64,000 nt of DNA from Octopus sinensis (Eukaryota): NCBI RefSeq assembly GCF_006345805.1, contig NC_043001.1:120962001-121026000 (forward strand). Reading direction: 5' to 3'. Shown here piece by piece: positions 10,935 to 28,900 of the stretch. Every line of letters begins with the position of its first letter. Within the stretch, counting starts at the first letter, position 1. Position numbers and translations under genes: made by a program. Under the pieces are notes generated by a model. The model made no database searches, was not told the origin of the DNA, and saw only the letters and a list, made by a program, of their open reading frames with translations.

Positions 10935-13390
10935 TGAGGGGAAGCAGATAAGAAAAAATTTGCCAATGTCCTGCGCCGTGAGGATGAAAGACTTGAGGTA
11001 TTTTGTATTGCAAGACAATGTGTGAGAGAAAATCGTGATGTGGTAGGAGAGAGATGTGTCCACATGGATGATGGTTCACTTGCACTAAAGGAGGATGCAA
11101 AGAGAGAGGTTTGGAGATGCCACTATGAAAGGTTGCTCAATAAAGAGAATGAATGGGAGAAAGAGAGTCTGCAAAATGCTGACCCAACAGAGGGACCAGC
11201 AGTCCGAATTGACAGTACCTTAGTAGATAAAGCAATTAAGAATATGAAGACAGGGAAAGCCCCTGAACCATCAGGAATCACTACAGTGATGCTCAAAATA
11301 TCTGGTGGTGTCAGCTATAGCCTAGTCACCCGTATAGTCAACCAGGTGATACATGAAGGAGCCATACCCAATGACTGGTGTGTCAGCACCATAGTCAACT
11401 GCTACAAAGGTAAAGGTGACACTTTAGATACAAATAATTACATCAGGTAATGAAGGTCATGGAGAGGGTCATAGCCCAACTGATTAGGGAGGGAGTTAGT
11501 TTAGATGAGATGCAGTTTGGGTTCGTGCCAGAGAAAAGCACCACTGATGCTATATTTCTGGTAAGACAGCTTCAGGAGAAATACTAGCCAAAGATAATCC
11601 TCTGTACCTGGCGTCCGTTCACATGGAGAAAGCCTTTGGCTGGGTCCCCCGATCCCTTATCTGGTGGTCAATGAGGAAACTAGGGATAGATGAATGGTTA
11701 GTGAGAGCTGTGCAAGCCATGTACAGGGATGCTGTCAGTAAGATGAGGGTTGGCAACAAGTACAGTGAAGAATTCCAAGTAGAGGTAGGGGTCCACCAAG
11801 GTTCAGTCCTCAGCCCCCTCCTATGTATCATAGTCCTCCAAGCAATAACAGAGGAATTTGAGACAGGATGCACTTGGGAGCTCCTCTATGCTGATGACCT
11901 TGCTCTACTTGCTGAGTCACTATCAGAACTAGAGGAGAAGTTTCAGTTGTGGAAGCAACGATTAGAATCGAAGGGCCTTAGAGTCAACCTAGCTAAAACC
12001 AAAGTCCTAATAAGTAGGAAGGCAGAAAAACCACAAATCCCTTCAGGTAGATGGCCCTGCTCAATCTGTAGAAAAGACATAGGTAGAAACTCTATAAAAG
12101 GTACCCAGTGTAAGCTATGGACACATAAGAGATGCAGCAATATCAAAGGAAGGCTAACTGGAAAGATAGCTTCTATATGTAGTAGATGCTCAGGAGCAAT
12201 AAACACTGAAAATGTGCAGAGAACAACTTCTGCCACAATCCAGGGAGAAAAACTAGAAGTAGTTGATAGCTTCTGCTATCTCGGTGACCAAGTCAGTAGC
12301 CGGAGTGACTGCTCTGAAAGTGTAGCTGCTAGAATAAGAATACACTGGGCAAAGTTCAGAGAGCTCCTACCTCTGCTGGTAACAAAGGGCCTCTTGCTCA
12401 GAGTAAAAGGTAGACTGTATGACACATGTGTACGAACAGCCATGCAACAAGGCAGTGAAACATGGTCCATGACTGCTGAGGACATGCGTAAGCTTGCAAG
12501 GAATGAAGCTAGTATGTTCCGATGGATGTGTAATGGCAGTGTGCATACTCGACAGAGTGTCAGTACCTTGAGAGAAAAGTTGGACCTAAGAAGCATCAGA
12601 TGTGGTGTGCAAGAGAGACAACTGCACTGGTGTGGTCATGTGGTGAGAATGGATGAGGATAGCTGTGTGAAAGAGTCACACCCTAGCGGTTGAGGGAACC
12701 TGTGGAAGAGGTAGACCCAGGAAGACCTGGGATGAAGTGGTATAGCACAACCTTTGAAAATTAGGCATCACTGAGACAATGACCAGTGACCGAGACATTT
12801 GGAAATATGCTGTGCTTGAGAAGACCCAGCAAGCCAAGTGAAACCATAACCCATGGCCTATGCCAGTGATGTAACAATCCCACCTGTGCGTACCTTTTCT
12901 TCATTGGACACTAAACTCTGCTTGCAAAGACCTGTTGAGGCGAGTAAAATCAAAATCAAATTTGATGATAGCACCACTTGACTGGCATTCATGCTAGAGG
13001 AGTGCTAAGAGCACCATCCAAGCATGATCATTGGCAGGGCCAATGACTGGCTCCTGTGCCAGTGGCTCATAAAAAGCATCATTCGAGCATGATCGTTACC
13101 AGTGTCGCCTTACTGGCACGTGAAAGGCAACATTCGAGCGAGGTTATTACCAGTGCCGCTGGACTGGTAATGTAGGTGACATGTAAAAAACACAATTTGA
13201 GCATGGCTATTGCCCTTATGCCGGTGGCACGTAAAAGCACCTGCTACACTCTTGGAGTAGCTGGCATTAGGAAGGGTATCAAGCTGTAGAAATTCTGCCA
13301 GATCAGATTAAGAGCCTGGTGCAGCCATCCAGCTCGCCAATCCTCAGTCAAACCATCCATATCATGCCAGCATGGAAAGCGGGTGTTAAG
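10935..13390 (+). mobile_element. 5'-truncated, decayed RTE-clade LINE
   Basis: MKTGKAP, MQFGF, EVGVHQGSVLSPLL, ELLYADD, RVKGRLYD..VRTAM..GSETW; repetitive 3' UTR. Confidence 0.9.
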
Positions 13391-13502
13391 TTATATTAAT
13401 GATAATATATATACCTATGCATATACACCTATATATATATATGTATGTATGTGTATATGTATATATATATGTGTATATGTATATATATATATATGTGTAT
13501 AT

Positions 13503-13765
13503 ATTTCGTTTTTGGAATTGGTTTGCAAAATTCTTTATATGAGTTCGTGTGTTGAAGCATATTCTGTTGAGTCTGGGGAGAGACATTTTTTTGTGCCTTT
13601 TAATATGACACACACAGCGGTAAAATTTCCACTTTTTTCTTATTTTTAGTCAAAACTATTGAAAAGGTTGCAAGCCGCAATGAAAATTTTAGGAAAATAA
13701 AAATAAGAAAAAAGTGGAAAGTATAAGGCACAAAAAGAAAATGACTCCCCAGACACAACAGAATA

Positions 13766-13768
<3 letters not shown>
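13503..13768. repeat. Inverted pair of fragments of a dispersed repeat (arms ~13557-13648 and ~13690-13768)
   Basis: catattctgttg(a/t)gtctggggag...tttccacttttttcttattttt is present in both orientations. Confidence 0.7.
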
Positions 13769-13837
<69 letters not shown>

Positions 13838-13904
13838 AGTATATATATATATGTGTGTGTGTATATATATATATGTGTGGTTGGTGTATATAATATATAT
13901 TATA

Positions 13905-16342
13905 ACAGAAATCACACTGATACTTCAGCAATCACACTGATACTATCCACAATATTGCAGTGGAGAAAACCCTACTCTCCGACCATGACATGGTTCTCTG
14001 TGATCTGAGATTTCACTGGCCAAAATGCAAAACAAATGTCATTCCTCCTGTTCATCCATTTGACACTATGGATTTCCACAATGCAAACTGGGAAGCGATC
14101 AATATGATCTTGCACAAGTCGATGGTCCTTCACGCACACATACACACCCACTAACATCAAAAAGTCCTGGCAGTCACTTGTAGACACCATCACGAACATA
14201 TGTGCAAGACACACCCCATTAAGATCTGCAAACAAATCTAAGTGTCGAATCCCTAGAAATAGAAAATCTCTCATAAGGAAAATAAAAGAATCAACAAAAA
14301 ATCAACATGCTGAAATACTGTCAACAGCAACACACCAACCTGACTGCCATCTCGTCACTAGAGATTAAAAAACATAAACTCCAAAACAACATGATGTCTA
14401 TCATCAATAGTCAGAGAAGAGCTGAAGAGGCCTGGGCCATTGAGAAGATCAAACTCAATCCCAAAGTGTTCTTTTCATTTGCAAAAAAAACACAGAGTCA
14501 CTGGTTCTACTGTGGCCCTCTGATTGATGAAAATGGTACTCTTCAAGACAATGCCAAAACCATGAGGGAGAGATATTGCAGAAACAATATTGCTCTGTTT
14601 TCAGCAATCCTGATATGACTGATCTGGGCTGTATCAGTGATGTTACTCCCCAATACACTTTATCGGACATAACATTTGGCGCTCCTGATGTCTTAGCAGC
14701 AATAAGGAAATGAAGCATAATTCAGCAGTAGGTCCCGATAGGTTCCCTGCTTGTGTCTTGAAGATGTGTCAAAACCAACTTGCACCCCCTCTAGCCAATC
14801 TTGTGCGGAACTCACTGGATGCTGGATATATACCAGAAGACCTTCTATCCCAGTCTGTTGTCCCAGTTTTCAAAAAAGGAAACAAATCGCTTGCCGTGAA
14901 TTACCGTCCAATCTCACTCACCTCTCATATCATCAAGGTATTTGAGAGGGTGCTGAGATCGCGTATGACTCACTTCCTTGAGGTCATAATATGCTGAACC
15001 CCAACCAGCATGGATTCCGTAATGGGAGAGTTGCCTGACGCAGCTACTGCATCATTTTGATGACATTTTGAGAGCCTTGGGAGAGGGTTCCAACACTGAT
15101 GTCATCTACCTTGATTTCAGCAAGGCCTTTGACAGGGTTGATCATAAGATCCTTCTGAGAAAGCTGTCCAATATTGGTTGCACTGGAAAGCTGCGCAATG
15201 GATCAAGTGCTTCCTCTCTAACAGAACCCAACATGTTGTAGTCGAGGGAGTCAAATCCAGCCAGCCAAAGTCAGCAGTGGTGTCCCACAAGGCACTGTGT
15301 TGGGCCCACTTCTCTTCATCATCTACATAAATGATATTACTGACACCATCAAACACAGCAACTCAGAACCTTCGCTGATGATTCCAAGCTCCAGAAGGTC
15401 ATCAATGGCGTGGATGACCGAATAAACCTTCAGTCAGACCTACTGGCTGTTGTCCAATGGGCGGAAAAGAATAACATGTTGCTAAATGAAGACAAATTCG
15501 AACTGATCCACTTTGGAAGGGAGGAGGACGCTCTGAAACTCCCATACTCTCTTCCTTCTGGAGAAATTCTCATGGCATCCAACAACATCAGAGACCTGGG
15601 AGTAACAGTGGACAACAACATAAGCTGGGCTACACATATAAGCAGCAAAGTTGACATGGCCCGCAGAATGTGTTCCTGGATTCTCAGAACCTTCCAGTCG
15701 AGAGATTCCCACGCTATATCCTTCTCTTCTCCATTTTTGCCCGACCCACCTTGAATACTGCTGTCCACTGTGGTCTCCCTACACAAAACAAAATATATAT
15801 GAGAATTGAAGCTCCCCAAAGGTCAATCACAAAAAAGATAGATGGCATGTCAGACCTTGACTACTGGGGTAGACTAGAGAAGCTGAAATTGTATTCACTC
15901 CAACGACGCCGTGAACGCTACATTATCTGTATGATGTGGAAAATATTCATCAGCACTGTCCGAATGATGTTGGCAATCACCTTCAAAATGCATCCAAGGC
16001 TTGGACCACGTGCCATCCGTCCACAACAAAAATCTAAATCGCATCACATAACGACAATACGGCACAACTATTTCACCTCATTTGGACCTGCTCTCTTCAA
16101 CATTACACCAGGACACGTCAAAAAAGAAACTGACCACACAAAATTCAAGAAGTCTTTGGACAAATTCCTTCAAACAGTACCGGAAAACCACCCCACCCGG
16201 ATATGTCTCCGCAAACAATAACTCTCTGCTCGAATGGGCCTTGGTGCCCAAATCCTGAACTGAAAGACTTCGCCAGGTGGTACTATTAAGTTAGACATGG
16301 CCTGGGCCAATACTGGCCAAAACCTTTCTAAGTTATTCTAAG
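13905..16342 (+). mobile_element. 5'-truncated CR1-clade LINE, same family as 1167-2886, with multiple frameshifts
   Basis: LSDHDMV endonuclease end and RT motifs; high similarity to 1167-2886; tail ttctaagtta repeated. Confidence 0.92.
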
Positions 16343-16363
16343 TTATATGTATACATATATATT

Positions 16364-20212
<3,849 letters not shown>

Positions 20213-20222
20213 GGTATATATA

Positions 20223-20540
20223 GAGACACAATGGCACAGTGGTTAGGGCAGCGGACTCGTGGTCAGAGGATCGCGGTTTCAATTCCCAGACTGGGCGTTG
20301 TGTGTGTTTATTAAGCGAAAACATCTAAAGGTCCACGAGGCTCCGGCAGGGGTTAGTGGCGCCCCCTGTTGTACTCTTTCACCCCAACTTTCTCTCACTC
20401 TTTCTGCCTGTTTTTTGAGTGTTGCTGTGATGGACTGGCATCCCGTCCAGCTAGTGGGGGAACACATACGCCACAGAAACCGGGAAACCGGGCCCATGAG
20501 CCTGGCTAGGCTTGAAAAAGGTGCATAAATAGATAAAAAT
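20223..20540 (+). mobile_element. tRNA-derived SINE with a V-SINE-like central domain
   Basis: A box TGGCACAGTGG and B box GGTTTCAATTCC; gatggactggcatcccgtccag...agaaaccggga resembles the V domain (recalled similarity). Confidence 0.65.
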
Positions 20541-20609
20541 ATGTGTGTATAGATATATAAATGCATATATACATACGTATATGTATATATATGTATACGT
20601 ATATATGCA

Positions 20610-21490
20610 TATGTGGGCACAGGACATCACAAAACGTATACAACAAAAAATACAAAGTATGAGTACATGGGATATGAACTTTTTCTGCGAACAACGAAAG
20701 ACACAAACAGAAAACAAAATAAAGAATGACCCTTCATCAGTTGTTGACTGTTTTTCTACTCTCATATTTCGAGCTTTTAAAAACAAGATACGCTTTCGAT
20801 AAAACAGTTGCTCCCACAAAGCAAATTAAATAAAATTTGGGATTTTGCTGGGGATCAAAAGTGGTAACACAAACAGGAGAGTGAAAATAAACAGGAAGGA
20901 CTGCTAAGCCTAAACGAGGTTGTGGTGGTGAACACGTAAATCAAGCTTGGACAGGAGACAGACAAGAACATGTCTTCCTTTATTCAGCTACAACGGATAC
21001 AAAGACAAAGAAACACAAGAAAGGAAGATGGCCAATGGTCACATGGCAGCCACGTGAGCAAGAGAGAGGGAGAGAGAGTGACAGGCAGAGAAATGTGAAA
21101 GGGAGAGGAAAATATTTGGCAATAGGATATGTGAAAAAAAAACAGAAGGGGGAGAAGGGGAGGCAGAAGAAAAGAGAAAGGAAGAGAGGAAAAAACGAAA
21201 GAGTAAAAAATAGTATAGAGTGCGTATCAGAATTATTAAGATAAAACTTACTTGGAAGAGGATGCATGGTGTTTAATCATATAATAATATAATATATATA
21301 TGCGTATATACATATGTTTATGTACATACTTACATGTATAAATATATATATACATGCATATGTGGGTACAGGACATCACGAAACTTGGACAACAAAAAAT
21401 ACGAAGTACGAATACATGGAATATGAGCTTTTTCTTCAAACAACGAAAGACACAAATGGAAACCAAGACAAACAACATAAAGAACGATCG
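20610..21490. repeat. Dispersed-repeat remnant with a ~125-bp direct repeat (~20612-20730 and ~21362-21488)
   Basis: gtggg(c/t)acaggacatcac...aacaacgaaagacacaaa occurs twice; family not identified. Confidence 0.5.
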
Positions 21491-21501
21491 ATATATATAT
21501 A

Positions 21502-22754
21502 CAGGGTGCGTAACGTACTTAAGGACACATCTTTTTGGGGTCATTGTTGAATTTTTTACTAACTTTGTAAAATTTTTGTTTCAAAAAATAGTGGCAGACC
21601 CTCTGCTTACTCAAGAAATGAAGAGGCATACTATTATTGTGGTTATAAAGGCTGGGCATAGCAGTTTAGAAACATCTAGATTTTTAAAAGTTGCCTGATC
21701 TTTTGTCTACTAAATTTGTAAGGAGCTAGAGACTGAAGATGGATATATATCCCCAGTATCAAAGCATAAAAAGCATTCTAAATGCTCTGAAATCATCAGA
21801 ATACCTGAATTTATTCAGCAAGTTCAACAGATCATTGATTACAATCCCAGAAAGTTTGTGAGGTTAGTTGCAAAAGATCTCCGTGTGTCAGAAGGAACAG
21901 TCCGAAACGTTGTCCACAAAGACATCATAGTCTTATATGTCTTATATGATAAGGAAAGATCAATTTGTCAGAAAAGCAAAAGAAAATTACTACAACAGAT
22001 CTAAAAGGCTCCTAAAGAAACTGAAAAATCTAGCAGAAGATTCGTTTTGGTTTTCCTCAAACGAGAAAAACTTCAACCAAGATCAAAAAGTTAACAGAAG
22101 AAATGACAGATGGTTATGTGCAGAACCTTCTGAAGTTCCAAGTGTTATGCATACAAAATTTCCTGCAACTGTCATGGTTTTAGGGATTGTCAGCAATGAA
22201 GGACATGTGATGCCTCCTTACTTCTTTCCACAAGGCCTTAGAGTTAACTCTGCTGCCTACATTGAGGTCCTGGAAACAATTGTTAAGCCCTGGATAGAAG
22301 TGTATGCAAGGGAAGGCCATATGTGTTTCAGTAAGACTCTGCACTATCACACACGGCTCTAGTAACACAGGAATGGATGGCTGAAAATGTTGACGATCAC
22401 ATAACTTAACATTTGGCCTCCTAATTCCCCAGATTTCAATCAATTGGACTATTACATGTGAAGCATTGTTGAGAGAGAGTTCAATGAACACACCCAAAAC
22501 ACCAAAAATTCATTAAAAACTGCCATAGTCAGAGTAATGTCCAAAATGAACCAGGACCACTTGATTTGAGCATGTAGATAAATTAGATCTCATATAGAAG
22601 CAGTTGTTGAAGTTGAAGATGGCTTTATTGAATAACCTTATAGAAAAGAAGGTTTATTTTTATCCTCATAGCATTTTATGATATATAAATTTATTATGTT
22701 ATTATATATCTATTTTTTTATAAACATGTGTCCTCAAATATCTTACACACCCTG
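21502..22754 (+). mobile_element. maT (DD37D) mariner-like transposon, full length, decayed
   Basis: ~30-bp TIRs cagggtg(c/t)gtaa...ggacacat; flanks TA on the left and CA on the right. Confidence 0.9.
21618..22635 (+). pseudogene. DD37D transposase, with stops and frameshifts
   Basis: FWFSSNEKNF, VMVLGIVS, Q*DSA.SHTA and WPPNSPDFNQLDYY; 37 residues between the last two D after repairing a 2-nt deletion. Confidence 0.88.
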
Positions 22755-22769
22755 CATATATATATATAC

Positions 22770-22883
22770 ACCTATGTATACACAGACCTATGCATGTACC
22801 TCTATATTTGCATAGACCTATGCATATACACCTATATATACATAGACCTATGCATATACACCTATATATGCATAGACCTATGC

Positions 22884-22890
<7 letters not shown>
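22770..22890. repeat. ~30-bp minisatellite (cctatatatacatagacctatgcatataca), about 4 copies
   Basis: Seen directly. Confidence 0.8.
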
Positions 22891-22923
<33 letters not shown>

Positions 22924-23299
22924 ACATACATACATACATACATACATGTCTATGTACATAATGTACATAAGCTGTAGTATAGCATGTGTTTAAAGTGCAT
23001 AGTACTCTAACGTACGTAGTTTTCACCCTGGGCTATATGCTGCACATGAAGCAAGATGGTAAAAGCTGTCAGGTTCACGGAGCGCTGGAAAACAGGTGCA
23101 ACACTGCATTACGAATAAGGTCTTTAAATTGAAAGCTAAAAATGATGTGACACCGAAAGAAACTTACTGAAAAGATATGGGCTCCAAAATGTGATATGCA
23201 TAAACGATGAACACTCATCACTTCGAGGAAGAATTGAAGAAACTCACCGCTGTTTATACATACATGCCCATATGCAAATAGACATACATAGATACAAAC

Positions 23300-23365
<66 letters not shown>

Positions 23366-23369
<4 letters not shown>

Positions 23370-23772
23370 TAATAAGAGAGGGACCACATGTGGTCACTCT
23401 AACGCTAGAAATAGATCCGCAAAGGGAATCCACCACTAAAGAATTGTTCTCAAGCATTAATTCAACACGCCAAGAATGTAAGCGGGCAGGACAAATGAAA
23501 AATAACGAAAAAATGGATTAACTCTATACAATTGTTTCATCGTTAATAGATTGTGTAATTTTACTTACAAATCATTTTCGAATCCTCGGTAGAGTATATC
23601 AAAACTATAATTTGCTGAACCGAACGCCAAAATCCATACGAAGCCGAGCAAAGGCGAACGGCACAGCCGATTATACTTGCAGTTACGTTCAAATATCCTC
23701 ATTTTTGGCGCATTTCTGTGGATCTATTTCTAGCGTTAGAGTGACCACATGTGGTCCCTCTCTTATTACTTG
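23366..23772. mobile_element. MITE with ~55-bp TIRs and TA flanks
   Basis: (t/c)aagtaataagagagggaccacatgtggtcactctaacgctagaaatagatcc at both ends, inverted. Related fragments occur at ~24730, 27530, 31815, 51790 and 56665. Confidence 0.85.
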
Positions 23773-24047
23773 TATTAATAATTTTTATTGTATCACAGTT
23801 TTTTTACGCTGGGCCACTTGGTGTTTTAAGTTGATGTTATTAATTAATAGTCAATTGTTTTCACCCTTATTGTGATTTTAATTATATATATATATATATA
23901 TATATTTAAAGTTAAAAATTATATTAAATATGTGTTAATATATCTCCGTATACACATAAATGCGCATACGTACAAAGATATATACACAGATATGCTCATA
24001 TATATGTACATTTAATATATAGATACATAAACATGTGTAGCAGATAT

Positions 24048-24106
<59 letters not shown>

Positions 24107-25795
24107 TACATACGCTTGCAGACGTAAACAAACAGGTATGCGCGCGCGCGTTCAGAGGGAGAGAGAGAGAGAGAGAGAGTCGTTTAGTGTTTGATTACGA
24201 ATTACGCACCAAGAAGAAGAAATAAAGTTTATTACCGAAGTCACTGCTCACAGCTGCCGTTTTATGTTACACACCCACAGAACGACATATCTGCCCCCAG
24301 TTGAGAAGACATTCAACTTGTCTGCTGTTGATTTTACTTCAGCAATGTGCGTAACAAGAAAACCTAATCGATACCATTTCCCCACGCTCCCACCGACACT
24401 CCACATCTATCATATCACACTCGATAATAATAATAATAAAAATGCATTTCATTTCCAATTCGTGTTAAGGCAAACTACAACTAATGGTGGTGGTATATTG
24501 GCTAAGATATAAGATCGTCTTGTTGTTTAGATTTTATTATGTTTAGTTTCCGGACCACTCTAATTCAGCCAACCTATATCCAGAAATGTTCCAGGTGTGA
24601 TCATTTTGTCTTTTTTCTATACAATATCCTCAGGAGTACATTATCTAATGTTCTGTTTGCTTGTTTTTTGTTCTTTTTTTTTTACCTGTAAGGGTATTTT
24701 TTAAAGGTAAGATGTCAATTTAGGAGCATTTGGTTGCTATTTCCAGTAGATTAATCAACCGCGTAGGTCCTACACCGTCGTTAGCTCTGAGCTAATCTTA
24801 CAGAAACGGGTTACAATTATAATCGATTGAATGATGTGAAGATATAACTGCGACGATCTGGGTGTTTAACCTATTCTTTTTACGGTTTTGCAACAGAAAT
24901 AAATAAATACTCTCGTAATAAAAATAAAAACATCAATGTGTATGCGAAAGACCGAGTGACTCTTCACAACGTATTAGGGTATCTTTGAGTATCTTTCACC
25001 ACTGAAAACGCCGTAGGATGTGTGTGCGCGCACAGGTTCCAGTCATTGGACTGCGGCCACGCTTGGCAACACCTTTATTTCAGTCAAACAAATCGACTTC
25101 AGTATTTCTATCGCTAATTTACGGAGGCGAAACCAAACCTATACTGGTTGTCAAATGTGTGTGTGTGTGAGAGAGAGAAAGAGAGAGAGAGGGGGGGGAG
25201 AGAGAGGTTACGCAAAATTGTCCTCGGCTTTTCAAGCCATTGTTTGCAATTATAAATTATGAAGAAATAAGAATAACCTTCCAGAGAATCACCACTACGC
25301 GCTTGACTAATAAACACAGATGTAAAAATGGCAACTACGCAGAAGAATTCCCAAACGGGAGTAAAGTTCGTCTATCAAGGAAGGGGCTACATTTGTCGAT
25401 TTTGAATTTGTAATTTTTTTTTTTAATCTAAAGTTGTGTGAGGAAAATATTTATTTCTTCTTCCTACCACCTTAGATTTAGCGAATCTGATTTAACCATA
25501 TATTTCTTAATTGTTACTGTGTTGCTGAAAGAGTTAAGTAGTCTAATGCTGATCTCTGGAGCTCCATTCTGATATCTGTTCATCATTAGTCCCGAAATGA
25601 AATAATATACTTTGTGCTATTTTTATTATTGTTTGAACTAAATAATGTTTTAAAACAGTATTTTAAAATTTCCCTTTCATCCCTTTTCCTGCAACAGAGG
25701 TGTCAACTCAATTTACTGAACGAAAGAGAGTGGGGAATGGGGATAAATTTCTTTCAAACAGTTGCGAGCGGGGGTAGGGTGAGTATGAGGGAAAG

Positions 25796-25928
25796 CGGTA
25801 CTTCTAAAGCGTGCAGTCTACCTGGCCTTTTTACACCTTAGCGTGCAGTCTAACCCTAACCCAAATCAGTTCATTTCACAGTGCAGACTAGATATTGCAG
25901 ACAATATCTGCACGCTAAAGTAGCACCG
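25796..25928. repeat. Small fold-back element with TAACCC repeats in its loop
   Basis: cggtacttctaaagcgtgcag versus ctgcacgctaaagtagcaccg; taaccctaaccc at 25851-25862. Confidence 0.6.
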
Positions 25929-25951
25929 AAAAAGGTTTGGAGCCCTTCACG

Positions 25952-26235
25952 CAGTGGCACAGCCAATAGGGGAGCAGAGTGCGCGACCGCTCTCCACTCC
26001 CAACACATTTTTCAAAATTGGCGCCTTTTCAACAATTTTTCTTAACTATTTAGTTATCTGCATCCGTAGTTATAAGTTTCATACATAATGACATAATGGC
26101 ATTGAAACATGAAATTTAAGAATGAAGATTCGCTCAACATAAAAGTTAAAAACAGTTTGGTATGTGTCACGGTGCCGTTTTACCTTTTTTTTATGTATTC
26201 GCTCCCTCTAACTTTAGAACCTGGCTACGCCCCTG
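25952..26235. mobile_element. hAT-type MITE (14-bp imperfect TIR)
   Basis: cagtggcacagcca ... tggctacgcccctg; TIR resembles the hAT at 42557-46576. No clear TSD. Confidence 0.55.
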
Positions 26236-26644
26236 CTCTAGATAGAGAAACTGAAAAGTCAGGATAGGGGAAATCACCAGCAAAAAGCGAAAGTTATACA
26301 TTACCCATAGAATGTCCCGAGGTAAAGTTTTTAACGAAAGTGAAAGTAATAAGTTATACTTCGACACGATTGATGTTTTATTTTATTGATATCTTTTGTA
26401 CATCAATGGAACTTTAAAAAAAATCAGTCGACTGTTTCAAATTTTGGCACATAGCGTGCAAATGTTTAGGCAGAAGGATGGGACAGTCGATTACATCATC
26501 TCTACGACTGGACTGGTATTTTATTTTATCGATTCGGAAAGAGGAAAAGGCAAAGTTGACCTTGGAGAGATTTGTATTCAAAACGTACAATCTGAATAGA
26601 TACTGCCTGGCATTTCCTGACACTATTACGATTTTGCCAATTCA

Positions 26645-26805
26645 CCACTATAATAATAATCCTTTCTTCTAAAGGCACAATGCCTGAAATTTTGGAGGAG
26701 GGGGAGGCTAGTAGATTACATCGACCCCAGTGTTCAACTGGTACTCATTTCATCAACCCCGAAAGGATGAAAGGCAAAATCGACCTCGGCAGAATTTGAA
26801 CTCAT
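26645..26805 (-). mobile_element. CORE-type tRNA-SINE, 5'-truncated
   Basis: Reverse complement of gagttcaaattc.gccgaggtcga.tttgcctttcatcctttcgggg... Further decayed fragments lie at ~26330-26620, 27260-27370, 28560-28740, 28790-28890 and 29440-29570. Confidence 0.75.
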
Positions 26806-28900
26806 AATAATAATAATAAACATCTTATACAAAATAGGAGGTGGGCGAGTAGACGAAAATAGAATGAGAAAGAAAAACGAATAAGATAGAATATAGTACA
26901 TAAATATGTGATGATACAATCTTCCTGATACAGGAGGGCCTGTGACTAGGACCCAATCAAAGAAACCCCGCAAATCCAGGATCTGACAGCAAGGGCAAGT
27001 GCCTTCTTTCAACTGTCATTCTCCGACTGAGAGTTATGTAATGAGGATGAAACCCATATACTCTTGCTATTTTCGTCATTGTCACTCATCTTTGAACAGA
27101 TTTATGGGAAAATATAACCTCCCTATCCGATGGTCTGAGTCGGCAAAAATGTTTTTCCTTTTCACGAAATGTTAGGATTCTTATCTCATCAGGGACGATC
27201 CTAACTTATTTAAAGTTAACCGACTTTTCGAAATTATAATGAAAGTTGCTGATTCGGCGTGACGAGCACAGTTGATTAAATCGACCCTTCCTTTCCAGGA
27301 AACTGGATCATCCTTACATTATCAAGCCTTGCGAGGATGGAATATAAAAATCGCCCCGAGCAACATTTTAAACACAAGTCCTAAATGAATGTAATTAAAT
27401 AAGATCCACGCCCTCCTTTCAAGCTAAAAAATCCATCCTACATCGATACAATGCCCCAAATATATTTCGAAAGTTTAGCATGTAATAATGGCGAGGTATT
27501 TAAAGCCACTTTACCTGAGCTCGACCTGCTTGAAACAGCAACTAAACTGCCCTTAAATCACACATTATCGCCTTAAATAAAAGACTCATTAAATAATATA
27601 GTCTTACATAGCCCTAAAAAACAGGATAGTCAACAACTGGAATGGCTTTGATCAAAAATCTGCCCCATCAAGGGTTCAACTATGATTAAACAACACCGAC
27701 AACGGTGCCTTTGAATTCTAGGATAAAGAAAATGGCACAATGTGACGACCCTGATTCTTTTTCAATTGACATTTAACATGCCTCTAGTCTAATACAGATT
27801 AACCTAAATGGGAAATTGAGCAGACGAAGCCATTTACAAAGGACATTGCCCACACAATAAAAATATAATGATGAGAATCGTGATTTCTTTAACTTGCCAC
27901 AAAGACAGCTGAGGGAAAAGATACAAAGCAAAAGCTATAAACGAATAAAGAAGTGTAAAGAAAATATTAATCCCAATGTGAATTTGAAGTATAACGATAC
28001 AGTTTTCGCTTTCGGACGTTTAAACTTTCCTTTTAACTTCATCTACGATACTAACACACACTGAAGCAGAAAGATCCAAACGAGGAGCATGGTTTTTTGT
28101 CTTACCCCACACAGAATGTTGAGTGACGCTTTTGAAGAATACAACTTGTCCCAATATGAATAGTGGCTGGCAAGCAGACACTTGGGATACTCCAAGAATC
28201 CCACTTAACAAGTGACTTCTCTCACCCGGAGTGTAGGTGGGAAATCCCTAAATATATGTTATTTTCAAATATACTTTAAATTATTGGGTATTTTATTTTA
28301 TGATATTTATAGTTTTAATTATTTATAAAGTAATTACGTGTCATTAATTTTACACAAATCTTAAATGTATCTTTTTTGTATTGCGTCCATGACCTACACT
28401 GTTTTTATATAACTCATCTGTCCTCCCCGACACGTTTTTTGCAGAATCCCAAGTCTTAACGTTCCACGTTTTGTATACAGAAATAATGGAGAAAATTACT
28501 GTTGGTGATTAGATAAAAAAAAAAAAATTATTATTATCCATTATCATTGTCATTTCTTTATAAGCACAAAACCTGAAATTTGGAAGATGAAATCGAACTC
28601 AGTACCTGACTATTACTTAATCATCGAAACCGAAAGAATGAAAAACAAAGGGTAAAGTTCACTTCGGCAAGATTTGAGCCCAGAACGCAAAGAGGCATTT
28701 GTGTCCCACGCCCTAACGATTCTCCCATCCTTATCGCCTTCATAGATATAACGCTGGTTTCAGGAGCTGAAACTTGGGTGGGGAAAAAAGGGTCAGTCAA
28801 TTACATCGATCGCCGCCGATGGCAAAGCATCGAAACATCACCAAGATTTTAACGACCCGAAAGGATGGAAGACCGGCGGAACTCTGCTTCAAGAACAGCC

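Noticed and set aside
20700-20790. GAAA ... CTGATGA on the minus strand (hammerhead-like words)
   Set aside because: No stem II or III pairing is consistent with any hammerhead topology.
28105-28250. Minus-strand segment with acceptor and donor sites and an open frame (GFPTYTPGERSHLLSG...)
   Set aside because: No similarity to eIF4E3, and in the phase required by exon 1 it stops after 13 codons; no other support.
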